A DNA stretch of 64,000 nt from Bacteriovoracaceae bacterium UBA6166 (GCA_002435795.1 DIUE01000068.1:58552-122551); one strand, 5' to 3'. Positions 46,530 through 56,341 are shown, numbered from the stretch's first letter. The notes: generated from the letters alone by a model not told the origin. Translations and numbers: made by a program.

Positions 46530-47975
46530 TTATTCAAACTGAAAAATTCCGGCCAAAATCCTTTCGGCCGTCGCTGCTTCTAAATCATCTGGTACCACCT
46601 CTCCAGTTCCAAAAAACTTGAAAGGTAGTCTCTTCTCTGTCAAAGACAAATTAAACAATGAACCAAAATTTAAACAAAGGTCTAAATGTGAAATCACAAT
46701 CCCATCCGCTAGTTGGCTGTAGCGAGAAACTACTTTTCTATTGTACAACTCTGTGTGAATTGCAGAAAGAGTGATCAAGACTTCCACTTTTTCAAATGAC
46801 CTGCGAAGACCATCTAAAAATTTCTTTGTTTCATTAGCTTCACCGGCCATGGCACGGTAATCAATAAAAACTGTCTGTCCGGCTTCCAAAGACTTTCTAC
46901 ACTCAGAAACGATCTCCCCAATCCCTTTCACATGCTTAATTTTGAGGTTGAAGACTTTATCAGTGAATGAGTCTGTTACGTCCTTAGGATCTCCGTTTTT
47001 GATCAAGACACAGTCATCTTTTAAGGCCCCAATTTTCTGAAGCATACTAGACTGACCACATGAAGTTTCAGAAATCAGGACAGTCACCACAGGCGTGTCT
47101 TCACATGAGGAGAAAAGTGGCATTCCCGTTGGAACTTCTTGCAACATATCTTTGAGGGCGAATTCGAAAACGACTTCGGGGTTCTCTAGCTCTTCGCGAG
47201 AAAGGTCAAAAGTCGCGGACTTAATAATTCGATGTATATAATTATCTGCGACATCAAGAGTTTTAAGAATATTACGAAGCTGAAAAATCCCTTCTGGTTC
47301 ACGACGATCGATTCTCTCCATTTGCTTGGAGAGATCAAAAAGATGTCTTTCTAGTTCTTCCACCCTTTTTTGATAATTTTCAAGTTCCGTCAAAAGCTCT
47401 TCATTATCGACAGTGTCATTATCGTGATCATTATTGCGATAAAGCTCTCTCTGATACTCTTCCTGTCTTTGCTTTTCTTTTGCAGTGGGCTCTGGTCGCA
47501 CTTCTTCATAAGAAGAAGTGGCGCGAGGATTAGAATTCTTAGAAGGGGTTTTCAAAAAATCGTCAAGACCAAAACTTTCAGAATTTTTTGGAGCAGATGA
47601 TACTGGTGCTGGGCTTTGCTTAGAGTTCACAGTTTTATTGAGCGCCAACTGACCATAACCAGCGCCTGCACCCGCCGGTGCTTTATTGGCTTCTTTAGTT
47701 GGTGTGAAATTTTCAATCATGTTTGAAACATAACTAGATTGATTTGAATAAAAACTCTGTTTTTGATCTGTATCTAAAACCTTGTCTACATTCATTTTTT
47801 TTGAATAGTTTTTTTCAGAGATCGCCGCCGTGATTTCAATTTTTTTCTTTTTGAAAGCTCCTTTCAAACCTTTATTTGTCATTGTTTTTAAAATAATGGC
47901 ATCAGGACCGAGCTCTTGCTTAATATCTCTAAGCGCTTCTTCAAGAGTGTCTGCTTCAAATTTTCTCACGTACAT
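46530..47975 (-). CDS. flhF: FlhF homologue with degenerate SRP-GTPase motifs
   Basis: B-domain start MYVRKFEADTLEEALRDIKQELGPDAIIL and C-terminal ..FGTGEVVPDDLE match FlhF. However, G1 reads LISETSCGQSS, G3 reads IDYRAMAGE and G4 reads SHLD. Confidence 0.8.
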   Translation of the reverse strand: MYVRKFEADTLEEALRDIKQELGPDAIILKTMTNKGLKGAFKKKKIEITAAISEKNYSKKMNVDKVLDTDQKQSFYSNQSSYVSNMIENFTPTKEANKAPAGAGAGYGQLALNKTVNSKQSPAPVSSAPKNSESFGLDDFLKTPSKNSNPRATSSYEEVRPEPTAKEKQRQEEYQRELYRNNDHDNDTVDNEELLTELENYQKRVEELERHLFDLSKQMERIDRREPEGIFQLRNILKTLDVADNYIHRIIKSATFDLSREELENPEVVFEFALKDMLQEVPTGMPLFSSCEDTPVVTVLISETSCGQSSMLQKIGALKDDCVLIKNGDPKDVTDSFTDKVFNLKIKHVKGIGEIVSECRKSLEAGQTVFIDYRAMAGEANETKKFLDGLRRSFEKVEVLITLSAIHTELYNRKVVSRYSQLADGIVISHLDLCLNFGSLFNLSLTEKRLPFKFFGTGEVVPDDLEAATAERILAGIFQFE

Positions 47976-47976
47976 C

Positions 47977-50052
47977 TTACAACCTCACCGTGCCAAGGGA
48001 TCTAATATTGGCCTCAGGACTAAGTTCATTGTGACTAATCACAACGAGATTTGGAATAAATTTCTCAGTTAATCGCTTAAAATGGCTACGAATTACTGGA
48101 GAGCAAAGCACAACCATTTTTTCGCCCATATTTGTCGCTTCTTCAATTTTTTCATTTAAACTCGCAAGAATAGTTTGTGTGACTTTTGGATCTAGAGAAA
48201 GCTGCTGTCCGGCATCGGTTTGAATAAGATTTTGAGCAATAGACTCCTCAATAGCGCGGTCTAAAGTGAAAAGTGGGATATCCCCTCTCTCACCCTTAAT
48301 GCTATCAGTGATTGTTCTAAAGAGTGACTGTCTAGCAAGTTCTGTTAGAGAGTCTGGGTCCTTAACCATCGTGCCGTACTCAGAAAGAGTTTCAAGGATG
48401 GTTCTCAAATCTCTGACTGAGACACCTTCTCTTAAAAGATTTTGTAGCACTTTAAGAACAATTCCCAGGTTGAGAATATCTGGAATCAAGTCCCCTACGA
48501 TTTTCGGATGTGTCTCTTTGAAATTATCAAGAATGCGAACAAGTTCTTGGCGACCAAATAATTGGTGAAGATTAGTTTTTAAAAGTTCGGTTAAGTGAGT
48601 GGCCATAATAGTCGAGAGGTCCACTACGGTATAGCCATTGTATTGAGCATCGTCTTTTTGCTCTTCTGTAATCCAAACAGCTGGGAGTCCGAAGACAGGT
48701 TCAACAGTTTCAATGCCATCAATTTTCTCAATAACTGACCCTGGATCCATGGCAAGGAAATGGTCTGACATCAACTCTCCACGTGTAACTTCGATTCCCT
48801 TAATCTTAATTGAGTAGCCACCAGGCTTTAACTCAAGATTATCCTTAATTCTAACAGAAGGAATGATTACACCCCAGTCTAAAGCGAACTGTTTTCTAAT
48901 ATGAGTAATTCTTTCCAACAAGTCGCCATTTTGCTCAGAATCCACCAAATTCACAAGGCCATAACCCACTTCTAGCTCGACAAGTTCCAAGTTAAGAAGA
49001 TCTTCAAGGCTATCTGGCGTCGCCTTCTTCTCTTCAGTCACCTTGGCCTGAGACTGAATTTCTTCATTCATATTTGATTGATCCATTCTAAAGGCCATAT
49101 AGCCCAGAACGAGACCTACCGCTAGGAAAGGCAACTTAGGCAGGCCTGGAATCATGGCAAAAACTAAAAGCACACCAGAAGCAATATAGACTGCCTTTGG
49201 ATGAATTTTTAACTGTTTACCCATCTGTGCGCCAAGGGCGGTATCACTGGTATTTCTAGTGGCGATAATACCGGCGGCAGTCGAAATAATAAGAGCTGGA
49301 ATTTGAGAGACAAGACCATCTCCGACTGTGAGTAGAGTAAAAGTTTCAGTCGCCTGAGCAACGCTCAATCCGTTTTGAGCGACACCAACAATGATTCCAC
49401 CTAAAATATTGATAGCTGTAATTAAGATACCGGCAATAGCATCTCCACGAACGAATTTACTCGCACCATCCATAGAACCGTAAAAGTCTGCTTCTTCAGC
49501 CACTTCTTTACGACGGCGTCTAGCCTCAACATCGTTAATCAAACCGGCATTTAAATCGGCATCGATCGCCATCTGCTTCCCTGGCATAGCATCTAAGGTA
49601 AATCTGGCCGCAACTTCAGCCACACGACCAGCACCTTTTGTAATAACCATAAAGTTAATGATGACTAAAATAATGAAGACAATAATCCCCACTAAATAAT
49701 TACCTTCAACAACAAACTCACCAAATGAACGAATAATTTCACCGGCAGCGGATGTGCCTTCAACACCACCACGAAGTAAAATACTTCTTGTGGAAGCCAC
49801 GTTCAATGAAAGCCTGAAGAGAGTCATGATCAAAAGAATGGAAGGAAATGTTGAAAACTCTAAAGGCTTTTTAGTATAAACGGAAACTAGCAAAATAATA
49901 ATTGAAGCAGAAAGTGTGACAGCTAGAAAGAAGTCTAGTAAGAGTGGCGGAATCGGGACGACCATCACACCTAGAATAATCATCAAACCGACAGCAACTG
50001 CTAAATCGGAATTTTCTGTTATAAATTTAAGCCTCGATAAAAAGCTATTCAT
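47977..50052 (-). CDS. flhA: flagellar type III export gate protein FlhA
   Basis: 691 aa. FHIPEP-type TM region (..FTLDAMPGKQMAIDADL..FVRGDAIAGI..) plus a cytoplasmic domain. Confidence 0.97.
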   Translation of the reverse strand: MNSFLSRLKFITENSDLAVAVGLMIILGVMVVPIPPLLLDFFLAVTLSASIIILLVSVYTKKPLEFSTFPSILLIMTLFRLSLNVASTRSILLRGGVEGTSAAGEIIRSFGEFVVEGNYLVGIIVFIILVIINFMVITKGAGRVAEVAARFTLDAMPGKQMAIDADLNAGLINDVEARRRRKEVAEEADFYGSMDGASKFVRGDAIAGILITAINILGGIIVGVAQNGLSVAQATETFTLLTVGDGLVSQIPALIISTAAGIIATRNTSDTALGAQMGKQLKIHPKAVYIASGVLLVFAMIPGLPKLPFLAVGLVLGYMAFRMDQSNMNEEIQSQAKVTEEKKATPDSLEDLLNLELVELEVGYGLVNLVDSEQNGDLLERITHIRKQFALDWGVIIPSVRIKDNLELKPGGYSIKIKGIEVTRGELMSDHFLAMDPGSVIEKIDGIETVEPVFGLPAVWITEEQKDDAQYNGYTVVDLSTIMATHLTELLKTNLHQLFGRQELVRILDNFKETHPKIVGDLIPDILNLGIVLKVLQNLLREGVSVRDLRTILETLSEYGTMVKDPDSLTELARQSLFRTITDSIKGERGDIPLFTLDRAIEESIAQNLIQTDAGQQLSLDPKVTQTILASLNEKIEEATNMGEKMVVLCSPVIRSHFKRLTEKFIPNLVVISHNELSPEANIRSLGTVRL

Positions 50053-50072
50053 AATCTTTCCTCAAACTAGGC

Positions 50073-51155
50073 TTAGCCTAATGCCTTCTTTTTCTTCTTG
50101 AGCTTGTAAATAAATGCTAAAACCTCAGCAATGGCTTTATAGAGGGATCGAGGAACATAACTTCCCTCTTTCACAGTTTTATATAAAGCGCGAGCGAGCG
50201 GAACATTTTCAACGATTGGGATATTATGCTCACGAGCAATTTCACGAATTCTCATGGCGATGTGGTCAGCACCTTTTCCAATAACCATAGGTGAAATCAT
50301 CGTTTGATCATCATATTTAATAATAATACTGATATGGGTTGGATTGGTGACAATCACATCGGCATTTGGAATCTCGGCCATCATTCTTTTTTGCGCCATT
50401 TCTCTCTGAAGGGCCCGAATTTTTTGACGAACTTCTGGACTACCTTCTTTCTCTTTGTTCTCTCGTTTCGCTTGATCACGAGTCATCATGAGTTTTTTGC
50501 GATAAGAAAATTTTTGATAGAAAAAATCCATGGCGGCAACAATGGTCAACCCCATAATAATACCGAAGCCAAGCTTCATTAGAAGCCATTTTCCATGCAT
50601 AAAAGAAGATAAAAAATCTAAATGATAAAACCCGCCATAGGTGGAGAGATCATCTTTTACCGCGTAATAGACGATAGATAAAATAAAGATGAATTTTAAG
50701 ACGGCTTTAAAAGCCTCCATCAAAGAGCGTAAAGAAAATAATTTTTTTATTCCCTCAACAGGATTGATTCTCTCTGGCTTAAACGCAAGAACCTCTGGCG
50801 AAAAGAGAAAACCAATTTGCATAACTGTTGCGGCAACCCCTACACAAAGAACAACTAAAAAAAGCGGCCCTACACATTTGAGAGCAACCGTCGTGGTATT
50901 CATCCAAATTGTTTTCATGGAAGTTTCAGTAAAGGCATGAGCAACGTCGAGAGCGTAGAGCCAACGAACATAATCAGACAGAGTCTCGTACATATAAACA
51001 AGTGTTAAAGCTAAAGTTAATAAGCTTGCAGAAAGAACGAGAATACTGTTGAGTTCTTTTGATGAGGCAACCTCACCACGTTTTCTGAACTCATCGATTC
51101 GATGGGCCGACGGCTCTTCCGTCTTTTCGCCTGCTGAATCGTTATCGTCTGCCAT
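50073..51155 (-). CDS. flhB: flagellar export switch protein FlhB
   Basis: 360 aa, four TM helices, NPTH autocleavage site (VIVTNPTHISI). Confidence 0.95.
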   Translation of the reverse strand: MADDNDSAGEKTEEPSAHRIDEFRKRGEVASSKELNSILVLSASLLTLALTLVYMYETLSDYVRWLYALDVAHAFTETSMKTIWMNTTTVALKCVGPLFLVVLCVGVAATVMQIGFLFSPEVLAFKPERINPVEGIKKLFSLRSLMEAFKAVLKFIFILSIVYYAVKDDLSTYGGFYHLDFLSSFMHGKWLLMKLGFGIIMGLTIVAAMDFFYQKFSYRKKLMMTRDQAKRENKEKEGSPEVRQKIRALQREMAQKRMMAEIPNADVIVTNPTHISIIIKYDDQTMISPMVIGKGADHIAMRIREIAREHNIPIVENVPLARALYKTVKEGSYVPRSLYKAIAEVLAFIYKLKKKKKALG

Positions 51156-51171
51156 TAGCTAATCCCTCACC

Positions 51172-51951
51172 TTAGGTTATAAACTGAAACCACTCGCCCA
51201 ATTTTTCTGTATAAACACGAAAAGCCACTTGAAAAAATTCATCTGATGTCGCCGCAAAAACTAATAATCCCATTCCAATATTCACGGCAAAGCTCACCAT
51301 GATAATATTCATCTGAGGAACGGTTCTCGCAATGATTCCAAGGACCGTCATAATCAACATATTGATGAAAATCAGTGGCGTGGAGAGCATAAGGGCGGCA
51401 AGAAAAACAGATTTGAAGAACTCAACGAAAAACGCAGGTGAATGGGCGAGATTTCCCATATCCGAAAAATTGATACTAAAAAAGGACTTAAAAATACCAT
51501 TGAACATCGGAAAAAGTGCGCCTGAAGAAATCACAAGGACCACCATCGTCCACTGAATGAGCTTTTCAAAAGGACCGATTTGCGCTGAAGAAGTTTGATC
51601 GAAATAACTTAAAGCTGCAAAACCGATTTGCTGAGTAATGACAGAACCTGCGGCTACGAAAATACTCATTATGGATTTCACGAAAAAGCCAATCACTAGC
51701 CCAATAATGGTATTCACGATCGTCAGAAACCAAAACTGATCCACTCCCACCAACTTCACTTCGGCAATCATGACTGGCGAGAGGTACGGGAAAAAACAAA
51801 AAGAGATCATCAATGTGGAAAGAATCTTAACAGTCATTGGCACAGCAATATTATCAAACAATGGCAATTGAATGATAATCGCAAGCCATCTTGTAAAGAT
51901 GAGCCAAAAGGCTATCAAGGCTGCGTGGTCTGTGATCTCAAAACTAATCAT
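51172..51951 (-). CDS. fliR: flagellar export apparatus protein FliR
   Basis: 259-aa polytopic membrane protein in the fliPQR-flhB order. Confidence 0.9.
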   Translation of the reverse strand: MISFEITDHAALIAFWLIFTRWLAIIIQLPLFDNIAVPMTVKILSTLMISFCFFPYLSPVMIAEVKLVGVDQFWFLTIVNTIIGLVIGFFVKSIMSIFVAAGSVITQQIGFAALSYFDQTSSAQIGPFEKLIQWTMVVLVISSGALFPMFNGIFKSFFSINFSDMGNLAHSPAFFVEFFKSVFLAALMLSTPLIFINMLIMTVLGIIARTVPQMNIIMVSFAVNIGMGLLVFAATSDEFFQVAFRVYTEKLGEWFQFIT

Positions 51952-51966
51952 GAAACTCCAAAAGAC

Positions 51967-52239
51967 CTATTGGTTAATAACGCTTGGGATACTAATAATC
52001 AGCTCTTTAGTAAAAGTGGTTAGTACCTCACTGATCCAAGGAGCAAAAATCACAAGGGCACCCAAGATCACGACGATCTTAGGAATAAAAGAAAGAGTTT
52101 GTTCATTAATCTGAGTTACAGCTTGAAAGAGAGAGACCAAGATACCCATAAAGAGCGCTCCGATCAACATTGGTGCTGAAATCATCAGAACGATTTTGAT
52201 AGCTTGGTTTGTAATGTCTGAATAGATTTCATAGCCCAT
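51967..52239 (-). CDS. fliQ: flagellar export apparatus protein FliQ
   Basis: 90 aa, two TM helices, ..LVSLFQAVTQINEQTLSFIPK.. FliQ signature. Confidence 0.92.
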   Translation of the reverse strand: MGYEIYSDITNQAIKIVLMISAPMLIGALFMGILVSLFQAVTQINEQTLSFIPKIVVILGALVIFAPWISEVLTTFTKELIISIPSVINQ

Positions 52240-52250
52240 AAATTAGCCTC

Positions 52251-52994
52251 TCAATTAAACGAACGAAGGATCGAACCTGTGACCAATTGCCAACCATCAA
52301 CAAGAACAAATAGGAGTAGTTTAAAAGGCAAAGAGATAATAACTGGCGGAAGCATCATCATCCCCATGGCCATAAGGACAGAGGCCACCACCATATCTAA
52401 AATAAGAAATGGGATATAAAGCAAAAAGCCAATTTGAAAAGCTGTCTTCAATTCAGAGATAATAAAAGCTGGAATAAGAAAATGAATCGGCACATCTAGA
52501 ATCGTCTGTGGTGCTTCTGCACCAGTGACATCGTAAAAAAGAGCGATATCACCAGAGCGCACATGCTTGTTCATAAAAGTTCTGAGTGAAACTTCCATTC
52601 TCTCAAGTGCCACTGTTGTGGTGATACTTCTCTCTAAATAAGGAGTGACAGCGTTCTTATAAATATCTTCGCCAGTTGGTTGCATCACAAAGACCGACAA
52701 GAACATAGCAAAACCAATTAAGAGTTGATTTGGTGGCATACTCGGAGTGCCTATCGCCTGCCTCATAAAAGATAGCACTACAATAATTCGAGTGAAGCAT
52801 GTGCAGAGGATAAGGATTGCAGGAGCTAATGTAAGGACTGTGAAAAGGATCAAAATTTCTAAGGTGTCTACAAGATCTGCACCTTGACCAAAGTTTACTG
52901 AAAGTCCTGGCAAGCTTACATTAGATTGCGCAAACGCAGATTGTGCGAACAAGAGCGAAATCAGGGTTGGCCATCCTAGCCGCAAAATTTTCAT
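52251..52994 (-). CDS. fliP: flagellar export apparatus protein FliP
   Basis: Signal peptide, then ..LTLAPAILILCTCFTRIIVVLSFMRQAIGT...PPNQ.. FliP signature. Confidence 0.95.
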   Translation of the reverse strand: MKILRLGWPTLISLLFAQSAFAQSNVSLPGLSVNFGQGADLVDTLEILILFTVLTLAPAILILCTCFTRIIVVLSFMRQAIGTPSMPPNQLLIGFAMFLSVFVMQPTGEDIYKNAVTPYLERSITTTVALERMEVSLRTFMNKHVRSGDIALFYDVTGAEAPQTILDVPIHFLIPAFIISELKTAFQIGFLLYIPFLILDMVVASVLMAMGMMMLPPVIISLPFKLLLFVLVDGWQLVTGSILRSFN

Positions 52995-53007
52995 CGAGAA
53001 TCCTTCT

Positions 53008-54165
53008 CTATTGTAAAGACTTGAGGTTCTTTACTTTACTTTTAATTTGATCTGATAATTTGACCGAATCTTTAACAGGTTTCTCTTCAAGTAAATCCTG
53101 AAGTCCGCTAGCAACTGTATCTGATTTATCAACAACTACAGGTTCTGGCTTTAAACGAAATTTCTTCGAAGCAGTAGCAGTGTCGACAGTTGAAAGAGTT
53201 GTATCAAAGTTTTCCCCTGAGACTTCTTTCTCACCATTTTTTAGTAAGCCTGTAAGGTCTGTCACTTCAGAAATAAGATTAAGACCTTTTTCACAAGAGC
53301 CGATTAAAAAGACTTGATTGTGGGCTTTAACCATAATTAAGCTTTTTTTAGGTCCAACATAAGTGGTATTAAGAACTTCTACAATCTTTGTATTATTTAA
53401 AAAACCAAGTTTTCCTTTCTTTAAAACACCTTTCTTCATAAGGTGCACAATTCCATAAAATAGCATCAGAACAAGGGCCAGGAATGCTACAAATTTTCCA
53501 ATATAGGTTGTCAGCGAAAAACCAGGATTGGCGCGCTCTGGTGCGGCGGCCGTTGAAACAATCTTATCTTCAATTTTATTCTCAATTTTCTTTTCGGCCT
53601 TAACTTCTTTTTTGTCTTCGAAATCACTTTCGGCGACGAGTTGCTGAAGAATGGCTTCAGTTGAAATCGGCGCTGGCTGATTTAATTCTTTTTGAATAGC
53701 ACTTGGCTCATTAAAGCTCTCTTTTGCGGGAACTGGACTCACCACTACTGGGTTCTTAGGCTTTTGCGCCAATTGTGGAAAATTGAGTTCGATCACTCCG
53801 TCTCTCATTACAACACTGACAAGATTTTCTTTTCCAGCAAGGCTGTAAGGAAGCATCGCTCTGACTCGAACGATATCCTTTTCAAATTGGTAGGCCATGA
53901 TTGTTGTATCATGGGCCGCACCTAGAGTGGCTTTCTTTTCAATCTTTGGCCATACATAGGATTTAGGAACGCTTAGTTGAATCATGCGATCATTCACTAA
54001 CAACTCTGGATTTTCCAAAAGCTCACCGCTCAAACGAATCGTCATCTGACTCGTTCCAGGCTTGACTTCAGAGAGAGAGAGTCCATCAATTTTAGTGCTT
54101 GCTTCAGAGTGAAATGAAAGCAGAACCAAAAGTGTGATTAAGACAAAATGTTTAGCTAGACCCAT
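53008..54165 (-). CDS. FliO-like protein with N-terminal signal peptide and AMIN-like domain (385 aa)
   Basis: Occupies the fliO slot between fliN and fliP. TM helix FVAFLALVLMLFYGIVHLM followed by a FliO-like IVEVLNTTYVGPKKSLIMVKAHNQVFLIGSCEKGLNLISEV. The N-terminal roughly 115 aa resemble an AMIN beta-sandwich, by eye. Confidence 0.55.
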   Translation of the reverse strand: MGLAKHFVLITLLVLLSFHSEASTKIDGLSLSEVKPGTSQMTIRLSGELLENPELLVNDRMIQLSVPKSYVWPKIEKKATLGAAHDTTIMAYQFEKDIVRVRAMLPYSLAGKENLVSVVMRDGVIELNFPQLAQKPKNPVVVSPVPAKESFNEPSAIQKELNQPAPISTEAILQQLVAESDFEDKKEVKAEKKIENKIEDKIVSTAAAPERANPGFSLTTYIGKFVAFLALVLMLFYGIVHLMKKGVLKKGKLGFLNNTKIVEVLNTTYVGPKKSLIMVKAHNQVFLIGSCEKGLNLISEVTDLTGLLKNGEKEVSGENFDTTLSTVDTATASKKFRLKPEPVVVDKSDTVASGLQDLLEEKPVKDSVKLSDQIKSKVKNLKSLQ

Positions 54166-54200
54166 AGATTCCTCATCTTTATTTAAACTTTATTTAAGCT

Positions 54201-54572
54201 TTATTTAAGCGTTTCAATTCTCTCAATTGGACTGATAATATCGGTCAATCTGATACCAAATTTTTCATTCACAACCACAACTTCACCTTTAGCAACAAGC
54301 TTGCCATTAACGAGGATCTCAAGTGGCTCACCCGCAAGCTTATCAAGCTCGAGAACAGACCCTTGACCTAGTTGCAAGAGGTCTTTAATGATGACTTCCG
54401 TTCTGCCGAGTTCCACTGTCACTTTGAGTGGAATATCTAGAATAAAATCAAGATTTTGCACCTTAAGTTTATTAAGAGCATCGTCACCAGCTTTTACTTC
54501 ATCGGCGAGTCTTGAAATATCTAATTTTTCTAATTTGTCCATCGAGTTGCTTCCTTGCATAGATTCGGCCAT
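54201..54572 (-). CDS. fliN: flagellar motor switch protein FliN
   Basis: SpoA domain: [57 protein letters not shown]. Confidence 0.92.
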   Translation of the reverse strand: MAESMQGSNSMDKLEKLDISRLADEVKAGDDALNKLKVQNLDFILDIPLKVTVELGRTEVIIKDLLQLGQGSVLELDKLAGEPLEILVNGKLVAKGEVVVVNEKFGIRLTDIISPIERIETLK

Positions 54573-54596
54573 GGCTATCTCCCTTCTACTATTTTT

Positions 54597-55622
54597 TTAT
54601 TCTTCGTTTTCAATCATCTCTCGTCTTATGGATCGATCAATCCTCGTTACTTGGACAGCTCGATTCCCTTTATGGACACCGATGATACATTTCATCTTCT
54701 CCACACCCTGAATCTCCATGCTCACTTCGCCAGATGCTTCTTGGTTAAGCGGGATGATATCCCCTTTCTCAAGCGTAATAAGGTCACCTACAGTCATCTG
54801 GGCCTCTCCAAGCTTCACAACCACAGTTGCCGGTGCTTGTTTGATATGCTCATTCATCGCCTGAGTCCAAATACTATCGGCCATATCATTATCGGTTTGG
54901 AAACTTGAAGAGAGTTTTTGTTTAATCGGCTCAATCGTTGAATAAGGGACAACAATCATGACGGTCCCAGAAGCCGACTCGAATTCCACTTCTAAGGTGG
55001 TGGCAATAATCACGTCTGAGGGCGGAACGACACCAACGAATTGCGGGTTGATCTCAGTTCGAAGGTACTGAGCATCGATTCTGTGAACTGGCGCCCACGC
55101 CTCTTCTAAATCTGCGATCGCCATATCCATGACTTTCTTCATGAAAGAAAGCTCAATTTGTGTGAATTCTTTTCCTTCGATTTTTGTAAAAGGACGATCT
55201 GTTCCACCGAAATAAGAGTCAATGATGGCATAAGCAAGCTTTGATTCAAAAACGAGAAGTGCCGGCCCTCTAAGTTCGTTATAGCGCATAATACACATAC
55301 AAGACGGGATTGGCAGAGTGTTGACGAATTCTCCAAACTTCAAAAGATCCGTTGAGATCATTGAGATGGTAGAAATTTTTCTTAATGAGTTTGAAAGAGA
55401 AACGCGGAAAGAGCGAATAAAGCGTTCGTAGATAATCTCAAGAATAGGCATTCGACCGCGGATAACCCGGTCTTGATTGGTTAAATCATAAGGCTGGATA
55501 TTTTCATCAGTCTCATCGACAGCATCAAAATCGCCGCCGCCACCGAGAATGTCCTCGCCCTCACCGTCATTAACAGCATTTAAGAGAGCATCGACTTCGT
55601 CTTGACTGAGTACTTGTGCCAT
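54597..55622 (-). CDS. fliM: flagellar motor switch protein FliM
   Basis: N-terminal LSQDEVDALL CheY-P binding motif, middle domain, C-terminal SpoA-like domain. Confidence 0.93.
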   Translation of the reverse strand: MAQVLSQDEVDALLNAVNDGEGEDILGGGGDFDAVDETDENIQPYDLTNQDRVIRGRMPILEIIYERFIRSFRVSLSNSLRKISTISMISTDLLKFGEFVNTLPIPSCMCIMRYNELRGPALLVFESKLAYAIIDSYFGGTDRPFTKIEGKEFTQIELSFMKKVMDMAIADLEEAWAPVHRIDAQYLRTEINPQFVGVVPPSDVIIATTLEVEFESASGTVMIVVPYSTIEPIKQKLSSSFQTDNDMADSIWTQAMNEHIKQAPATVVVKLGEAQMTVGDLITLEKGDIIPLNQEASGEVSMEIQGVEKMKCIIGVHKGNRAVQVTRIDRSIRREMIENEE

Positions 55623-55692
55623 AGAAACTCCCCTCCTGGGATATTTTTTCAGCTCTCTCCCTTCCTGGGAAAAAGCTCAATTCCAAAACCTG

Positions 55693-56247
55693 TTAGTTTA
55701 TTTGAAAACTAACATAATAAATATCGAGAACATTTCCATTAGTCATAAATGTATTAATGGCAGTTCTTAATTCTTGTTTCAAAAATTCTTTCCCTTCAGA
55801 TAAAAGTAAATCTTCCGCTCTTTTCGAGTTCAACACTCTAATCACGGTATCTCTTATTTGAGGCTTTCTAGCGTTAATCTCATCTTGCTTTGAATCTTTG
55901 GCAAAATTTAAAACGAGATTTAATCTGACAAATCGACGAGGACCATCACCTTGGGCTAAATTGGCCGTGAAAGGCTCTAGAGGGACTGTAAAGCCTTCAA
56001 CTTCACGAGCTTCACCTGGTAAAAAATCTTCTTCATTAGGAACGTCTGACGTTTTAGTTGCTCTTGCAATATCTGAAACAGATTCTTGCACTGATAAACG
56101 TTGAAAAGATTGATATTGAAAATAAGCAATCGCGCCCATCATAATTGTATTTAACAAGACGAGAACGGTGAGTAGAGGATTCTTTGCAGACCCTGCCTTG
56201 CCTGTATCCATTTTTAATTCATTTTCATCTTGGGCCATTTTATCCAT
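55693..56247 (-). CDS. fliL: flagellar basal body-associated protein FliL
   Basis: 184 aa, single TM (LLTVLVLLNTIMMGAIAYF), then ..PLEPFTANL...RFVRLNLVL.. FliL pattern, immediately upstream of fliM. Confidence 0.8.
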   Translation of the reverse strand: MDKMAQDENELKMDTGKAGSAKNPLLTVLVLLNTIMMGAIAYFQYQSFQRLSVQESVSDIARATKTSDVPNEEDFLPGEAREVEGFTVPLEPFTANLAQGDGPRRFVRLNLVLNFAKDSKQDEINARKPQIRDTVIRVLNSKRAEDLLLSEGKEFLKQELRTAINTFMTNGNVLDIYYVSFQIN

Positions 56248-56312
56248 CCATAGAAAAGTCAGCGGCAGAAACTGCTAGTGAATCATTCATCCAAGTCTGA
56301 TCCCTGTCAAAA

Positions 56313-56341
56313 ATTATACAGTTGATGAGCGATTGAATCAA
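56313..56341 (-). promoter_or_regulatory. candidate sigma-70 promoter for the fliL operon
   Basis: Minus strand reads TTGATT (plus 56336-41), 17 nt, TATAAT (plus 56313-18), about 65 nt upstream of the fliL ATG. Confidence 0.4.
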
